64,000 nucleotides of DNA, from the NCBI GenBank assembly GCA_012520995.1, contig JAAYNI010000080.1, forward strand, positions 25,823-89,822, in the 5' to 3' direction. The notes under the pieces are model-generated. The model did no database searches and had not been told where the DNA came from. It saw only the letters and a program-made list of their open reading frames with translations. Positions 1 to 11,026 of this stretch are shown in pieces (the stretch's first letter is position 1; each line of letters begins with the position of its first letter). The translations under genes were made by a program, and so were the position numbers. The DNA is from Candidatus Rifleibacteriota bacterium (lineage in GTDB: Bacteria > Muiribacteriota > Ozemobacteria > Ozemobacterales > Ozemobacteraceae).

Positions 1-257
1 ACAGCTGCCGATAAAAGCCCTGCAATGAGAGCACCCAACTGAGGAGTCATCCATTTAATGCCGTAAGCGGAAGAAAGATACTTCGCTACGCCAATTCCTC
101 CAAGCAAAGAATGAGCCATAGCCGCAGCAATATAACTGATACGCCTCAAAACCACATAAGTGCCAACAATACCGCTGGTAACACTGCACAATAGGCTGGC
201 TATTAAAGCATTCTGTAAAAAAACAAGCTCAGGCAAATCGTAAAAAAAAGCCAACAT
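1..257 (-). CDS. znuB: Zn/Mn ABC transporter permease (N-terminal part; runs off the window start)
   Basis: Not in the ORF track. Manual translation from ATG at 257 gives MLAFFYDLPELVFLQNALIASLLCSVTSGIVGTYVVLRRISYIAAAMAHSLLGGIG, a typical ZnuB start, directly after the znuC stop at 259. Confidence 0.9.
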   Translation of the reverse strand, partial: MLAFFYDLPELVFLQNALIASLLCSVTSGIVGTYVVLRRISYIAAAMAHSLLGGIGVAKYLSSAYGIKWMTPQLGALIAGLLSAA

Positions 258-258
258 A

Positions 259-1032
259 TTATTCTTCCCTGCCGCAACTGTCATCGTGGCATACAAATTT
301 CATGTTGCCGCCGCCATAAAAACGACTAAGAACATCCGAATCTATCTCGTGAGCATGGTGAACATCCAGAGTTTTATGAACGCATAGAATATTATCAACC
401 GCTTTGGAAACAAAGTTTAAATCATGTGAAACCAGAAAAACAGTCATTTTTTCTTTTAAGCCCGCAATAAAGTCATGCAATTCTTCCGTTCCCAAAGGGT
501 CTATAGAGGCGTCAGGCTCATCCATAAGCAACAGTTTAGGTTCTGAAACCAAGGCTCTTGCTATAAGAACTCTTTGTCTTTGGCCACCTGAAAGCTCCGA
601 AAAGCTTGTTTCGCCTTTTCCTCGCAAACCGACCAGATCAAGAGTTTCCAAAGCCTTTTCCCGCTGAGCTTTCGAATAGCGGCCAAAGAAAAAATCCCGA
701 TCCAAAAATCCCATAAGAGTTACTTCCATAACGCTAACAGGAAAGGCGGGATCAAACTTGGCAAATTGAGGGACATAAGAAAGATATTTTCTGGCTTTTT
801 CAGGGTCGGTTCCCAAGACTGTAATTTCACCTTTCAGAGGTTTTTCTAACCCCAGCAAAAGCTTTATAAGAGTTGTTTTGCCTCCCCCATTAGGGCCTAC
901 TACAGCAGTAAAGGTTCCTGTTCCGGCAACAAAGGAAATGTCTTCTAAAACTGTTTCATTAGGTCTGTATCCGAATGTTACGCCTGAAAAAACTACGGCA
1001 TTATCTTTCGAAGCAGTGTCTTGTTCTGTCAT
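259..1032 (-). CDS. znuC: Zn/Mn ABC transporter ATP-binding protein
   Basis: Walker A GPNGGGKT, signature LSGGQRQR, Walker B LLLMDEP, Cys/His-containing tail; lies between znuA and znuB. Confidence 0.92.
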   Translation of the reverse strand: MTEQDTASKDNAVVFSGVTFGYRPNETVLEDISFVAGTGTFTAVVGPNGGGKTTLIKLLLGLEKPLKGEITVLGTDPEKARKYLSYVPQFAKFDPAFPVSVMEVTLMGFLDRDFFFGRYSKAQREKALETLDLVGLRGKGETSFSELSGGQRQRVLIARALVSEPKLLLMDEPDASIDPLGTEELHDFIAGLKEKMTVFLVSHDLNFVSKAVDNILCVHKTLDVHHAHEIDSDVLSRFYGGGNMKFVCHDDSCGREE

Positions 1033-2006
1033 TTACCTATATCCTGCTCTTTAAAGGAATTTATTAAATTGCCGGTTAAATCAAGTATTTCAGTAAAAAC
1101 GTTTTCAGGAAGAGGATCCGCATAGACTATATTTCCTTTAATCGCTTTTGCTAAAGTCTCTGTCGCTTTGGAAGCAAACTGCTTCTGCACAAACAGGGTT
1201 TTAACGCCTTCCTTCTTGGCAAATCTGATTATAGCGGCAAGCTGACGCGGAGTAGGCTCTTTTCCTTCATATTCAATTGCAATTTGCTTTAAACCAAACT
1301 TGTCAGAAAAATAGCCAAAAGAAGGATGGAAAGTCAAAAACTTACGACCTTTATATTTATCAAGATCATTTGCAACACTCACTTTGACTCTCAAAGCATC
1401 CTGTTGAAACTTTGACAATCTGCTTTTCAAAATATCTTCCGGAACTATTCCTGAAAGCTCCTTTGCCATATTCGATGCCATTTGAGAAAGATTGTCAGGA
1501 TCCATCCAAATGTGAGGATCAAGACCTTCTTCATGTCCATGATGATGTCCATGATGATGTCCATGTCTATGAGCCTTTTCAAAACCTGGTATAGGTACTG
1601 TATCACCTGACATGCTGCGTTTTTTTATTAAAGTGTCACTCGGAACAATTTTCAATTCAGGAGCTATGGAAATAAACCTTTGAGTAAGAGGCTTTTCAAA
1701 AGGAATACCCACAGTAAAGTAAATCTTTGCCTTGGCAATTGCTTTCATCTGTTGCGGCAAAGGCTCAAAAACGTGCGGATTCATGCCAGGCTCTATCAGA
1801 ACGGAAACATCGACATTGTCTCCTCCAAGAGCCTCTACAATATATTTTTGCGGCAAGATGGTCACAACAACTTTTACTTTCTCTGCAACTGCCGGCTCTT
1901 CCTCAATAGCAGGATCTGTGGAAACAACAGGAGCAGCAGACAAGAGAGTCGGAAACTGCAAAATAACAGCCAGAATCAGACAAAAATACTTAAAAGATGG
2001 CTTCAT
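1029..2006 (-). CDS. znuA: Zn ABC transporter substrate-binding protein with His-rich loop
   Basis: NPHVFEP, DPHIWM and FHPSFGYF motifs of cluster A-I metal-binding proteins; loop HRHGHHHGHHHGHEE. Confidence 0.92.
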   Translation of the reverse strand: MKPSFKYFCLILAVILQFPTLLSAAPVVSTDPAIEEEPAVAEKVKVVVTILPQKYIVEALGGDNVDVSVLIEPGMNPHVFEPLPQQMKAIAKAKIYFTVGIPFEKPLTQRFISIAPELKIVPSDTLIKKRSMSGDTVPIPGFEKAHRHGHHHGHHHGHEEGLDPHIWMDPDNLSQMASNMAKELSGIVPEDILKSRLSKFQQDALRVKVSVANDLDKYKGRKFLTFHPSFGYFSDKFGLKQIAIEYEGKEPTPRQLAAIIRFAKKEGVKTLFVQKQFASKATETLAKAIKGNIVYADPLPENVFTEILDLTGNLINSFKEQDIGK

Positions 2007-2018
2007 TAAAACATTCTC

Positions 2019-3380
2019 CTAAGCGCCTTTAAAAAAGGCATTTACCGCCTCTTTGAGGGTTTTCACTTTAATTATACCTTTACCTGCTTCTATATCCGAA
2101 TAAGAAGAAACCATAATCTTTTTAAATCCAAAACGTCTGGCTTCAGCTATGCGTCTCGATAGCTGGCTCACAGGACGGATTTCACCAGAGAGAGTAACTT
2201 CACCTGCGCATATAGTATCTTTTGGAAAAGGTTTATCCATAAGGCTGCCAGCAAGAGCAAGAGCCAAAGGCAAATCGCCGCCTGGTTCAGAAAGTCTCAA
2301 GCCTCCTGCGACATTGGCATAAACATCTTTGTTATAAAATTTTACTCCGCCATGTCTCTCCAAAACAGCTATAAGCAATCCAAGCTTATTGGGATCCATC
2401 CCGGAAACCACTCTTCTGGGCATAGGCAAATAAGATTGAGTCACCAAAGCCTGGATCTCTGCCAAAATACAGCGACTGCCCTGCAAAAGCGGAGCAACCA
2501 ACACGCCTGGAGACTCTGTTCTGTTTTGATTGATAAAAATATCAGAGGGATTTATTACAGAAGTAAGCCCGTTATCAGTCATTTGAAAAACACTCACTTC
2601 ACCCGTGGCTCCGTAGCGATTTTTAAAAACGCGTAAAATGCGGAAGTTGGAATTGGTCTCACCTTCAAAATATAAAACCGTATCTACTATGTGTTCCAGA
2701 ATCTTGGGGCCTGCAATATTGCCGTCTTTGGTAACATGGCCTACTATAAACACAGGCAATTGTCTTTCTTTGCCAAACTTTGTCAACATTGAGGCACATT
2801 CCCTGATTTGTCCAACAGAACCGGGAGAAGATTCCAAATTAGGCGTGTAAACAGTCTGAATAGAGTCAACAATCAAGACTCGAGGCAAATAGGAAGCCAA
2901 AGCGTTCAAAGCCGAGTTCAGATTTTGTTCCGCAAGCAGATATATATCACTGCCATTGCCTATGCCAAGCCTGTCTGCACGCAGTTTTATCTGAGTCGCA
3001 GATTCTTCGCCTGAAATGTAAGCCACAGGCTTTATATTGACTCCAAGGCGTGAAATCAGCTGAAGCATGAAAGTAGACTTGCCTACCCCAGGCTCGCCGC
3101 CTATCAAAGTTATTCCGCCTGGCACAAGACCGCCGCCAATCATCTCATCGAAAACGTCTATGCCTGTCATCCAACGCTGAGTGCGTTCAGTTTTAATATC
3201 CCCGAGATTTTCTACTATGGCCAAGGTGCCGCCAGCCATGATATCGCCCCGGGAACCCTTAGGAACTTCTACTTCCTCCGCCAATGTATTCCATTCCTGA
3301 CAAGAAGAACATTGTCCTGCCCATTTTGGAAAACTTTGCCCACAACTCTGACACACATAAACTGTTTTAACTTTTGCCAT
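2019..3380 (-). CDS. radA: DNA repair protein RadA/Sms
   Basis: N-terminal C4 zinc finger CQSCG...CSSC, GGEPGVGKST, KNRYG motif, Lon-like C-terminus. Confidence 0.97.
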   Translation of the reverse strand: MAKVKTVYVCQSCGQSFPKWAGQCSSCQEWNTLAEEVEVPKGSRGDIMAGGTLAIVENLGDIKTERTQRWMTGIDVFDEMIGGGLVPGGITLIGGEPGVGKSTFMLQLISRLGVNIKPVAYISGEESATQIKLRADRLGIGNGSDIYLLAEQNLNSALNALASYLPRVLIVDSIQTVYTPNLESSPGSVGQIRECASMLTKFGKERQLPVFIVGHVTKDGNIAGPKILEHIVDTVLYFEGETNSNFRILRVFKNRYGATGEVSVFQMTDNGLTSVINPSDIFINQNRTESPGVLVAPLLQGSRCILAEIQALVTQSYLPMPRRVVSGMDPNKLGLLIAVLERHGGVKFYNKDVYANVAGGLRLSEPGGDLPLALALAGSLMDKPFPKDTICAGEVTLSGEIRPVSQLSRRIAEARRFGFKKIMVSSYSDIEAGKGIIKVKTLKEAVNAFFKGA

Positions 3381-6234
3381 TGCCTTTTTTTGCTTTTTGC
3401 TTCAGCTCCTGTTTAAGATACTGTCCAGTTAAGGATTTTTTGTTAGCGGCCACCTTTTCAGGAGTTCCTTCTGCTACTATTTCACCGCCTAAATTGCCGC
3501 CTTTTGGACCAAGATCTATTATGTGATCCGCTACCTTTATTACATCAAGATTGTGCTCAATAATCAAGACAGTATTGCCTTTTTCCACAAGACGCTCCAA
3601 AATTGCCAATAAAGATTTTATGTCTTTAAAGTGCAAACCTGTAGTCGGTTCATCAAGCAAATAGAGAGTCGAGCCTGTCGCTATTTTGGAAAGCTCCGCA
3701 GCCAGCTTCATGCGTTGTGCCTCACCGCCTGAAAGAGTAGTAGCCGGTTGCCCCAAAGTCAGATAACCCAACCCCACGTCATGCAGTGCCTGAAGCCTGC
3801 GTTTTATGGCCGTAAAAGCCTCGAAAAACTCCAATGCTTCATCAACAGTCATAGCCAGCACTTCGGCAATACTTAAGCCTTTAAACTTGATTTTAAGGGT
3901 TTCCGAATTGAAACGCTGTCCCTTGCAATAATCACAAGTAACATAAACATCCGGCATAAAGTGCATTTCAATCTGCAATTCTCCCATGCCCTCGCAAGCA
4001 TCGCATCTGCCGCCTTTCACATTGAAACTGAATCGTCCTGGCGTATAACCTCGGGTTTTCGCCTCTTTGGTCTGCGCGAAAAGGTCTCTTATGTAAGAAA
4101 AAACGCCTGTATATGTTGCGGGATTAGATCGAGAACTCCTTCCGATCGGTGACTGGTCAATATTTACAACCTTGTCGATATTTTTAAGACCGGTTATCTT
4201 TTCGTAAGCTCCCACATCATATGTAGTCCGATAAACCATGTTGCTCAAAAGCGGAAATAAAGTATCATTAACCAAACTGGACTTTCCTGAGCCTGAAACA
4301 CCTGTAACAGCCACAAGTTTGCCCAGAGGAATATCCACATCAATATTTTTCAGATTGTTATGAGAAGCGCCTTTGAGCTTTATAAACTTCCCGCTTCCCT
4401 TACGTCTTTCTTTAGGAACTGGAATAAAATCTTCTCCGCTCAAAAAACTGCCCGTCACACTGTTTTTGTCTGCCGCTATTTCAGCAGGAGTACCTTGAGC
4501 TACGAGATAACCGCCTTCTTTGCCGGCAGCCGGCCCCAAGTCGATAATCTGGTCAGCCTCAAACATTATCTCTTTGTCATGCTCCACAACCAAAACAGTG
4601 TTCCCCAAGTCTCTAAGGCCTTTTAAAGTTTCTATCAACTTAGAGTTGTCGCTCGGATGAAGACCAATGCTAGGCTCATCCAAAACATAGGTAATGCCTA
4701 CCAGAGCTGATCCGATCTGAGTCGCCAGTCTGATTCGCTGTGCTTCACCGCCTGATAAAGTGCCGGAAGCTCTGTTTAAATCCAAATAATCCAAACCGAC
4801 ATCGTTCAGAAAATTTAAACGGTTTACAATTTGTGCCAAAACCTTGCCGCTAATTTGCCTTTCTTTTTCTGTCAGCTCCAAATTATTGAAAAAATCTACG
4901 AGTTCTTTGATGGTATGAGAAGAAAGCTCATAAATATTTTCTCCGGCTATTCTTACTGAAAGAGCAGCCGGATTCAAACGTCTGCCCTTGCAGTCATCAC
5001 AAGGAAGCATTTTCATAAATCTTTCATAAAAGCGCCTAGCCATATCCGAGCGAGTTTCCGCATGGCGTCTTGCGACTATATTCACTAAACCTTCGTAGGG
5101 TCTTGAAATCTCGCCTTTTACGCCTCTGCCGGAAAGAGCAACCTTTACAGGCTCATCACCCGTGCCGTAAAGAATAACATTTTGAGCCTTTTCCGAAAGA
5201 TCTTTAAAAGGCGTATCCAAAGAAAAGTCATATTGTTTAGACAATGCTTTGAGCCACCTGTTCGAAATAGAACCATCGAGCAAGAAGTTCTGAGCTCTGA
5301 TAGCTCCTTTGGATATAGGCAAAGACCAATCTTTAATAGTAAGTCCCGGATCCGGCACCAGTTTGTGGCCTATACCCGAGCAAGCAGAACAAGAACCATA
5401 AGGAGCATTAAAAGAAAACAGCCTTGGCTTTATATCGGGAAGAGAAATACCGCAATCGTTGCACATGTGGTTTTCATTGTACATTTTTTCGAAGGGTTCG
5501 TCAGAATCGGGCAAATTCACCATTGTCAGTACATGACCTTCCGACATTTTAAACGAAAGTTCCACAGCTTCCATTACCCGCTGAATATTATCTTCTTTGG
5601 AGGCTTTATCGGCCATAAGTCTGTCTATGACGACTTCTATATTGTGTTTCAGATTTCGATCCAGCTTAGGCATTTCTTCGTCCAAGAGCCACATATCGCC
5701 ATCGACTCTGACTCTGCTCATGCCTTCTTTTAAGAATTCCTCGAAAACCTTGCCGTATTCACCTTTACGGCCTCTTACAACAGGCGACATTAAAGTAATG
5801 GCAGTTCCGTCAGGATATTTCAAGATTTCTTGAGCAATTTGAATAGGGGAAGAAATCTCAACAGGCTTGCCGCACTCTGGACAATGAGGCTTTCCAATAG
5901 CGGCAAACAGCAGCCTGAAATAGTCATAAATTTCTGTAACTGTGCCCACAGTAGAGCGAGGGTTATTGGAGACCGTCTTTTGCTGTATAGCAATTGTCGG
6001 AGAAAGTCCCTCGATACTTACAACATCAGGTTTTTCAACTTTTTGCAGAAATTGGCGGGCATAGGAAGAAAGGGATTCCATGTATCGCCTTTGCCCTTCA
6101 GCATGAATAGTATCAAATGCCAAAGAAGACTTTCCTGAACCTGAAACCCCGGTTATGACTGTTAGAGCGTTTGAAGGAATAACAAGATCAATGCTTTTAA
6201 GGTTATGCACCTTAGCTTTTTCTATGCGAATCAT
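3367..6234 (-). CDS. uvrA: Excinuclease ABC subunit A
   Basis: Two ABC ATPase modules (GVSGSGKSS twice, LSGGEAQR twice), zinc fingers, 955 aa. Confidence 0.98.
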   Translation of the reverse strand: MIRIEKAKVHNLKSIDLVIPSNALTVITGVSGSGKSSLAFDTIHAEGQRRYMESLSSYARQFLQKVEKPDVVSIEGLSPTIAIQQKTVSNNPRSTVGTVTEIYDYFRLLFAAIGKPHCPECGKPVEISSPIQIAQEILKYPDGTAITLMSPVVRGRKGEYGKVFEEFLKEGMSRVRVDGDMWLLDEEMPKLDRNLKHNIEVVIDRLMADKASKEDNIQRVMEAVELSFKMSEGHVLTMVNLPDSDEPFEKMYNENHMCNDCGISLPDIKPRLFSFNAPYGSCSACSGIGHKLVPDPGLTIKDWSLPISKGAIRAQNFLLDGSISNRWLKALSKQYDFSLDTPFKDLSEKAQNVILYGTGDEPVKVALSGRGVKGEISRPYEGLVNIVARRHAETRSDMARRFYERFMKMLPCDDCKGRRLNPAALSVRIAGENIYELSSHTIKELVDFFNNLELTEKERQISGKVLAQIVNRLNFLNDVGLDYLDLNRASGTLSGGEAQRIRLATQIGSALVGITYVLDEPSIGLHPSDNSKLIETLKGLRDLGNTVLVVEHDKEIMFEADQIIDLGPAAGKEGGYLVAQGTPAEIAADKNSVTGSFLSGEDFIPVPKERRKGSGKFIKLKGASHNNLKNIDVDIPLGKLVAVTGVSGSGKSSLVNDTLFPLLSNMVYRTTYDVGAYEKITGLKNIDKVVNIDQSPIGRSSRSNPATYTGVFSYIRDLFAQTKEAKTRGYTPGRFSFNVKGGRCDACEGMGELQIEMHFMPDVYVTCDYCKGQRFNSETLKIKFKGLSIAEVLAMTVDEALEFFEAFTAIKRRLQALHDVGLGYLTLGQPATTLSGGEAQRMKLAAELSKIATGSTLYLLDEPTTGLHFKDIKSLLAILERLVEKGNTVLIIEHNLDVIKVADHIIDLGPKGGNLGGEIVAEGTPEKVAANKKSLTGQYLKQELKQKAKKGNGKS

Positions 6235-6252
6235 TTGCTTTGATAGGGGAAA

Positions 6253-7044
6253 TTATTCCCAAGTGTAACTGGTTATTGTTGCGTTTTCATGAGTGCCGAC
6301 TGTCACATGGCCATCAGAAGTGAACTTGAAGGGCAGTTTAAGAAAGCCTGATATAGGAAGCTTATCAGGAAGAGATGGATGATTGACCTCAACAAGTCCG
6401 CTTTTGACAACTATTTCGCCAGTCTCATCGCTCAAAATAAGCTTAAAAAGACTTCCAACAGAAGTGATTTTAAGATCTTTAAATTTTATAATGAGATCGT
6501 CTGTACCGCTTATTCTATAGGTAGTCATAGAAACCAGCAGACTGCCCTTTAACAGCTCAATTTCTTGGTATGAAACCTCTGCGGAATTTTCTTTCAGCAC
6601 AGGTACAGACACATGAACTTCACTGTTCGGCTCGACTTTAATGGATGTGTCTTTAGGCAAGAGTATTTTAAAAGTCGAATCTTCACCCGTGATAAAAGTC
6701 AGAGGTTCTGAGACAACTGACATATTCGCGAAATTAACATCCTCTTCGTAGATAGAATTTTCACGCCTAAACCTTGGAATTCCTGTAAAGCCGGACGACT
6801 CATCTGAAGCTATAGTATAAGTTTTAGCCGCTTTAATAGCCTCTTGGAATTTTGAACTTTTAACAGACAATATTATGATGACAACACCTATTGTTGCCAC
6901 TAAAAGCAATACAAGTAGAAACGCCCCGTACATCATCATCTTCTTTTTACGGGCTTCCGCTTGTTTTAAGCGTTCTTCTTCTTGCTTTTTCTTCAGAAAT
7001 GCTTTGTAATTAAGATTTTCTATCTGCTGCCATTGTTTAGCCAT
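6253..7044 (-). CDS. Membrane-anchored FecR-like domain protein
   Basis: Basic N-terminal helix, one TM segment, then a beta-rich domain with FecR-like pattern (EPNSEV, ELLKGSL, GSLFKL, VKSGLVEV). Confidence 0.55.
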   Translation of the reverse strand: MAKQWQQIENLNYKAFLKKKQEEERLKQAEARKKKMMMYGAFLLVLLLVATIGVVIIILSVKSSKFQEAIKAAKTYTIASDESSGFTGIPRFRRENSIYEEDVNFANMSVVSEPLTFITGEDSTFKILLPKDTSIKVEPNSEVHVSVPVLKENSAEVSYQEIELLKGSLLVSMTTYRISGTDDLIIKFKDLKITSVGSLFKLILSDETGEIVVKSGLVEVNHPSLPDKLPISGFLKLPFKFTSDGHVTVGTHENATITSYTWE

Positions 7045-7088
7045 ATTTGCACCTTAAGGTTTCCTGAGGGATAAGCCTCAAAAGAGAC

Positions 7089-7820
7089 CTAAATAAGAGT
7101 TATAGCCGTATGAGGTGTTGCCATAATTGATGTTTCTTTGCTGACTTTTGTATCCTTAGGATCAGTAGTCTTAATTTTAATAGACAAAGGGAAAAAGTCA
7201 AGAGCATTTCTGGCCGGACAATGTCCAGCCACAGTCAGAGTAACTCCTGTAACGTCTTTGATTAAAAGCTTTCTATGGGACTCTTTCGGAAGAGGCACCA
7301 AGTTCAAATCGCCAGATCTGGCATAACCTTGAGAAGGCTCTGTTCTAAAAGTGAAAGCTTCAGAGGATAAATAAAGATTTCCGGAAGGCACGCCGGAAAG
7401 CGATTCCGGCTCAAGAATCAGACTATAATTTATTATCTCGCCGACCCCTTCAGGCGGTTTTTCAGGTTTGCAAGCACACCAAGTCATTAGCGTCTGAGGA
7501 GCTGTAGTCGGCACTATTTCCTGATTATCTTTGAGAATTTTAGTATAAAACTTCTTTGCGACCTCTTTGTTTTTATTGGCCGGAGGTTCATAAATAGTAT
7601 CAGAAAAGAGAGTAGCCGGATAAGAGGAAGCTCCTATAGCCTTTTCAAGTATAGCACTTGCATTTCTCATTTCCTGCACGGTTTGATTTATCCATTGAGC
7701 CTTAGCCGCCGTTTTGCTTCCGCTGAAAAAGAGCTTGTAAACCCCAATTGAGAGCAACGAGAGCACGGCCAGAGTAACCATCAGCTCCAGCATAGTGAAA
7801 GCTTTCTTGCGGTTAAGCAT
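7089..7820 (-). CDS. Prepilin-type N-methylation domain protein (PilW/PulJ-like minor pilin)
   Basis: RKKA|FTMLELMVTLAVLSLL class III signal with F+1 and E+5. Confidence 0.8.
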   Translation of the reverse strand: MLNRKKAFTMLELMVTLAVLSLLSIGVYKLFFSGSKTAAKAQWINQTVQEMRNASAILEKAIGASSYPATLFSDTIYEPPANKNKEVAKKFYTKILKDNQEIVPTTAPQTLMTWCACKPEKPPEGVGEIINYSLILEPESLSGVPSGNLYLSSEAFTFRTEPSQGYARSGDLNLVPLPKESHRKLLIKDVTGVTLTVAGHCPARNALDFFPLSIKIKTTDPKDTKVSKETSIMATPHTAITLI

Positions 7821-7823
7821 AAT

Positions 7824-8693
7824 TCAGATTACCTGTCCCTTTCTGTCTATCTTTTGCAACTTTGTTTGCTCTTGCGCTTCTTCTTTGCCCTGGAAATTTT
7901 TAGCTTTTCCAGAAACTTTGATTTCAATAGCTTCTTCGCCATATTTACTCAAAGCTTGAATTGCTTGAATTTTAACTTCTTCAACCTTATAGCTCAAAGA
8001 ATATGGATAACCCGATTCTACGGCTATATCAAACTTTTTTATTCCGCCAGCCATAGATGAAGATTTTTCTATTTTTAATGCAGGCTGAATAGCGTCATCT
8101 TGATAATCAGATGCACAATCGCGAATAAAATAATCCAAATATTTTCCTGCATTTAAAGAAGCTGGAGGAGGTAACGGATAAAGATATTTTTTCGCAGGAT
8201 CCGAAGAAGCTATGCCTGACAGCAAAAACCTGTAATCAGGATTGTAATAAGAACCTATTCTGATATAAGCATCCTTGCCCGTCAGCTTTATATACATATA
8301 TCTAGGAGGATCGCCTGGTTGCCTTCGGCTTTCCTCTTTTGTATTGTAATAAATACCCGGAGCGGCAGCATAAGCTCGGAAATCAAAGTTTCCTGAAGGA
8401 TCATGCTCAAATTCTGTAAAGTTTACCAAGGGATTTTTACCCTGTTTTATTTCAACCGCGTCATAAAGTTCGGTCGGAAAAAGCTTTGCTTTCAGCAAGA
8501 AATGCTGCATACCTGAACGCGCAGCAAAATGAGCTTGTCTTTCCAGCAGGCGCATTTTATTTTGCGATTTAGTAGTAGACTGCCTGAAAGTCAAAGCCAT
8601 TACCAAAATACCAAAAATAACGCCAATAGCCAAAACTATGGGTATAGCTATACCGGAGCGTTTGTTATTAGTTTTTATTATATTTTTAATCAT
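7824..8693 (-). CDS. PilX/PulK-like minor pilin
   Basis: KRSG|IAIPIVLAIGVIFGILV class III-like signal lacking E+5, as is typical of PilX/GspK. Confidence 0.65.
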   Translation of the reverse strand: MIKNIIKTNNKRSGIAIPIVLAIGVIFGILVMALTFRQSTTKSQNKMRLLERQAHFAARSGMQHFLLKAKLFPTELYDAVEIKQGKNPLVNFTEFEHDPSGNFDFRAYAAAPGIYYNTKEESRRQPGDPPRYMYIKLTGKDAYIRIGSYYNPDYRFLLSGIASSDPAKKYLYPLPPPASLNAGKYLDYFIRDCASDYQDDAIQPALKIEKSSSMAGGIKKFDIAVESGYPYSLSYKVEEVKIQAIQALSKYGEEAIEIKVSGKAKNFQGKEEAQEQTKLQKIDRKGQVI

Positions 8694-8702
8694 ATTCCGC
8701 TC

Positions 8703-9623
8703 CTAATCCAAATCAGCTTTCAAAGCTATCAAATGAACTCTGGAAAGTTCAGGACTTAGATGTTCAGGATTGCTTTTGCCTGCTGCCGACGCATTCCATT
8801 GCACCTGAACCGTAATAATCTTCATTACGCTCTCGCCCATATTCGGAACAGTCTTCTCAGGCAAAAGTTGTATAGCTGTATATCTGGCAGCTGTAGGGTT
8901 CAGGAAAGAGTCGACATTTGGACCTGAGCCGCACATAGCGTTCATATCTTCATCGAGATAAACATTGTTTGGAGGCAACGCTATCTGCCCAGGCAGATCC
9001 ATTTCCGTTAGTGGTCTGCCTGCAGAAGGATCCGGGCGTTCCAAATAGTCAGGAAACCATTTGCTGCTCAAAAGCATTGAAGGGTTTTTAAGATAAGAAA
9101 AAGTCATCTCGTCAGACTTTGAAAAATCAGTTGGAGCTCCTCCTGGATAAGCAGTGCCTATTTTCATAAGCTCAGGCTTCCTATTTGCTTTTTTTGCTGC
9201 CTTTACATCTTCAACTCTTACATGAACAAGAAAAGACATGCCTTTGGCATCTTCAAAGATGCCGCGGCACTTAAAGCCTGGGCCTTCAACATCATCATGA
9301 TTGAACAGAACTTTGGACATCTTCTTAGCCCAATCAGAGTGACCGCCAGAAGAACGATAATCGGCATATTTGGGGAGATCGGGCAAATGAGATGTAGCTA
9401 TATAAGCAGGATTCCCTTGTCGCAAAGTTGCGAAAGGCACATTGTCCAGCAAAGCTGTCAAGACATCCGAAGCTTTATTAACGGCAAAAGCTTCAGCGGC
9501 ACTCTGCTCAGTATCAACTGTTTGTCTTGTCAGCAAAGTGAAAACCGGAATAGCCGATAAAGCCAATATGACCAAGGCTATAACTATTTCCAAGAGACCT
9601 AGAGCCGATTTTCCTCTATACAT
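8703..9623 (-). CDS. PilV/PulI-like minor pilin
   Basis: KSA|LGLLEIVIALVILAL with E+5; C-terminal KIITVQVQW strand typical of PilV-like proteins. Confidence 0.7.
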   Translation of the reverse strand: MYRGKSALGLLEIVIALVILALSAIPVFTLLTRQTVDTEQSAAEAFAVNKASDVLTALLDNVPFATLRQGNPAYIATSHLPDLPKYADYRSSGGHSDWAKKMSKVLFNHDDVEGPGFKCRGIFEDAKGMSFLVHVRVEDVKAAKKANRKPELMKIGTAYPGGAPTDFSKSDEMTFSYLKNPSMLLSSKWFPDYLERPDPSAGRPLTEMDLPGQIALPPNNVYLDEDMNAMCGSGPNVDSFLNPTAARYTAIQLLPEKTVPNMGESVMKIITVQVQWNASAAGKSNPEHLSPELSRVHLIALKADLD

Positions 9624-9667
9624 ATGTTTCTCTAATAAACATACCTGTCAAAACCTTATGGCAAAAC

Positions 9668-10984
9668 TCAAAGCAATTCAGAAGCTAAAGCTGAGAGTGA
9701 AGACCTTTCAGATTTATTCATTATAATATGACCGAAAATAGACTGATTTTTGAATCTTTCGATTACATAGTTCAATCCGTTTGAAGAGCTGTCAAGATAA
9801 GGATTGTCTATCTGATAAGGGTCGCCTGTCAAAACCACTTTGGTGCCTTCCCCCGCCCTGCTTATGATAGTTTTAACTTCATGCGGAGTCAGGTTTTGAG
9901 CTTCATCAACGATCAAATACTGCTTAGGTATGCTGCGACCTCTGATGTAAGTTATGGCTTCTATCTGAATCTTCTGTGACTCGATCAAAAAGCGGATCTT
10001 TTTGTCCACATCATCAGAGTTTTTATAAAGCTTGTCCATAACAAACTCTATGTTATCGAAAATAGGCTGCATCCAGTTACTCAGCTTTTCATCTTTAGTA
10101 CCGGGCAAATAACCGATATCTTTACCCAAGGGCATAATGGGTCTGCTTACCAGAAGCTTTCTGTAGAGATGCTCATCAATGGTTTTTTGCAAGCCGCAAG
10201 CCAAAGCCAGCAAAGTCTTTCCTGTTCCCGCTCTGCCCATAAGAGTAACCAGCTGGATCTCGTTGCAAAGCAAAAGCTCTACCGCAAACTTCTGCTGGAG
10301 ATTCATTGGTTCAACCCCCCAAGGTTTGGCATTTATATGAAAAAGAGGCAAAAGCTTGCCTTCATCACCGTCATATTTAGCTAAAGCAGTTTTGTTCTGG
10401 TTTTCTTCAGCTTTTAAAAGCAAAAATTCATTTTTATAGAGATCACGAGATTTTAAAGGCAAAAAAGAATCTCTCAAGAAGGCTTCTATATCAGCAGCAG
10501 GCAGAACAAGCTCTGTCCAGCCAGGATAAATCTCGTCAATATCAACCTTATTGGTTTCATAATCTTCCGCAGCTATTCCAAGAGCATCAGCTTTGATACG
10601 GCAGTTAATATCTTTGCTTACAAGAATCGGCTTAAGCCCCTTTTCTTTGAGAGTTAATGCGCAAGACAAAATACGATTATCTATCTTTTTTGATTCAAGA
10701 CCATAATCAGCCGCCGAGGAGGTATGTTCGTTATCGACCATTACCTGTAAAGTGCCACCTTCAGGCAACGGAACCCCTACTGCTAAATTTCCCTTTTCTC
10801 TCAGAGCGTCAAGCTCTCTGGAAGCCTGCCTGGCTTCTCTGCCTCGCTCGTCGTTGGTGCCCTTGAATTTGTCCAGTTCTTCTATAACGCCAAGAGGAAT
10901 CACTACGTCATGTTCCTCGAAAGAAAAAATAGACTGATGTGTATGTAAAATTACGTTGGTATCCAGTACGAAAGTTTTTTTCAT
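9668..10984 (-). CDS. PIN-PhoH (PhoH2/YlaK-like) protein
   Basis: N-terminal PIN (VLDTNVILH, DNRIL, SKDINCRIKA), C-terminal PhoH ATPase (GRAGTGKT, YIRGRS, DEAQN). Confidence 0.93.
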   Translation of the reverse strand: MKKTFVLDTNVILHTHQSIFSFEEHDVVIPLGVIEELDKFKGTNDERGREARQASRELDALREKGNLAVGVPLPEGGTLQVMVDNEHTSSAADYGLESKKIDNRILSCALTLKEKGLKPILVSKDINCRIKADALGIAAEDYETNKVDIDEIYPGWTELVLPAADIEAFLRDSFLPLKSRDLYKNEFLLLKAEENQNKTALAKYDGDEGKLLPLFHINAKPWGVEPMNLQQKFAVELLLCNEIQLVTLMGRAGTGKTLLALACGLQKTIDEHLYRKLLVSRPIMPLGKDIGYLPGTKDEKLSNWMQPIFDNIEFVMDKLYKNSDDVDKKIRFLIESQKIQIEAITYIRGRSIPKQYLIVDEAQNLTPHEVKTIISRAGEGTKVVLTGDPYQIDNPYLDSSSNGLNYVIERFKNQSIFGHIIMNKSERSSLSALASELL

Positions 10985-11026
10985 TTTTCCTTTAATTCCA
11001 TTTTTAATTGGCTAATCTGTACAATC

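Noticed and set aside
9668-10984. PIN-PhoH as a toxin-antitoxin module
   Set aside because: No small antitoxin gene is adjacent; this is the widespread stand-alone PhoH2/YlaK type.
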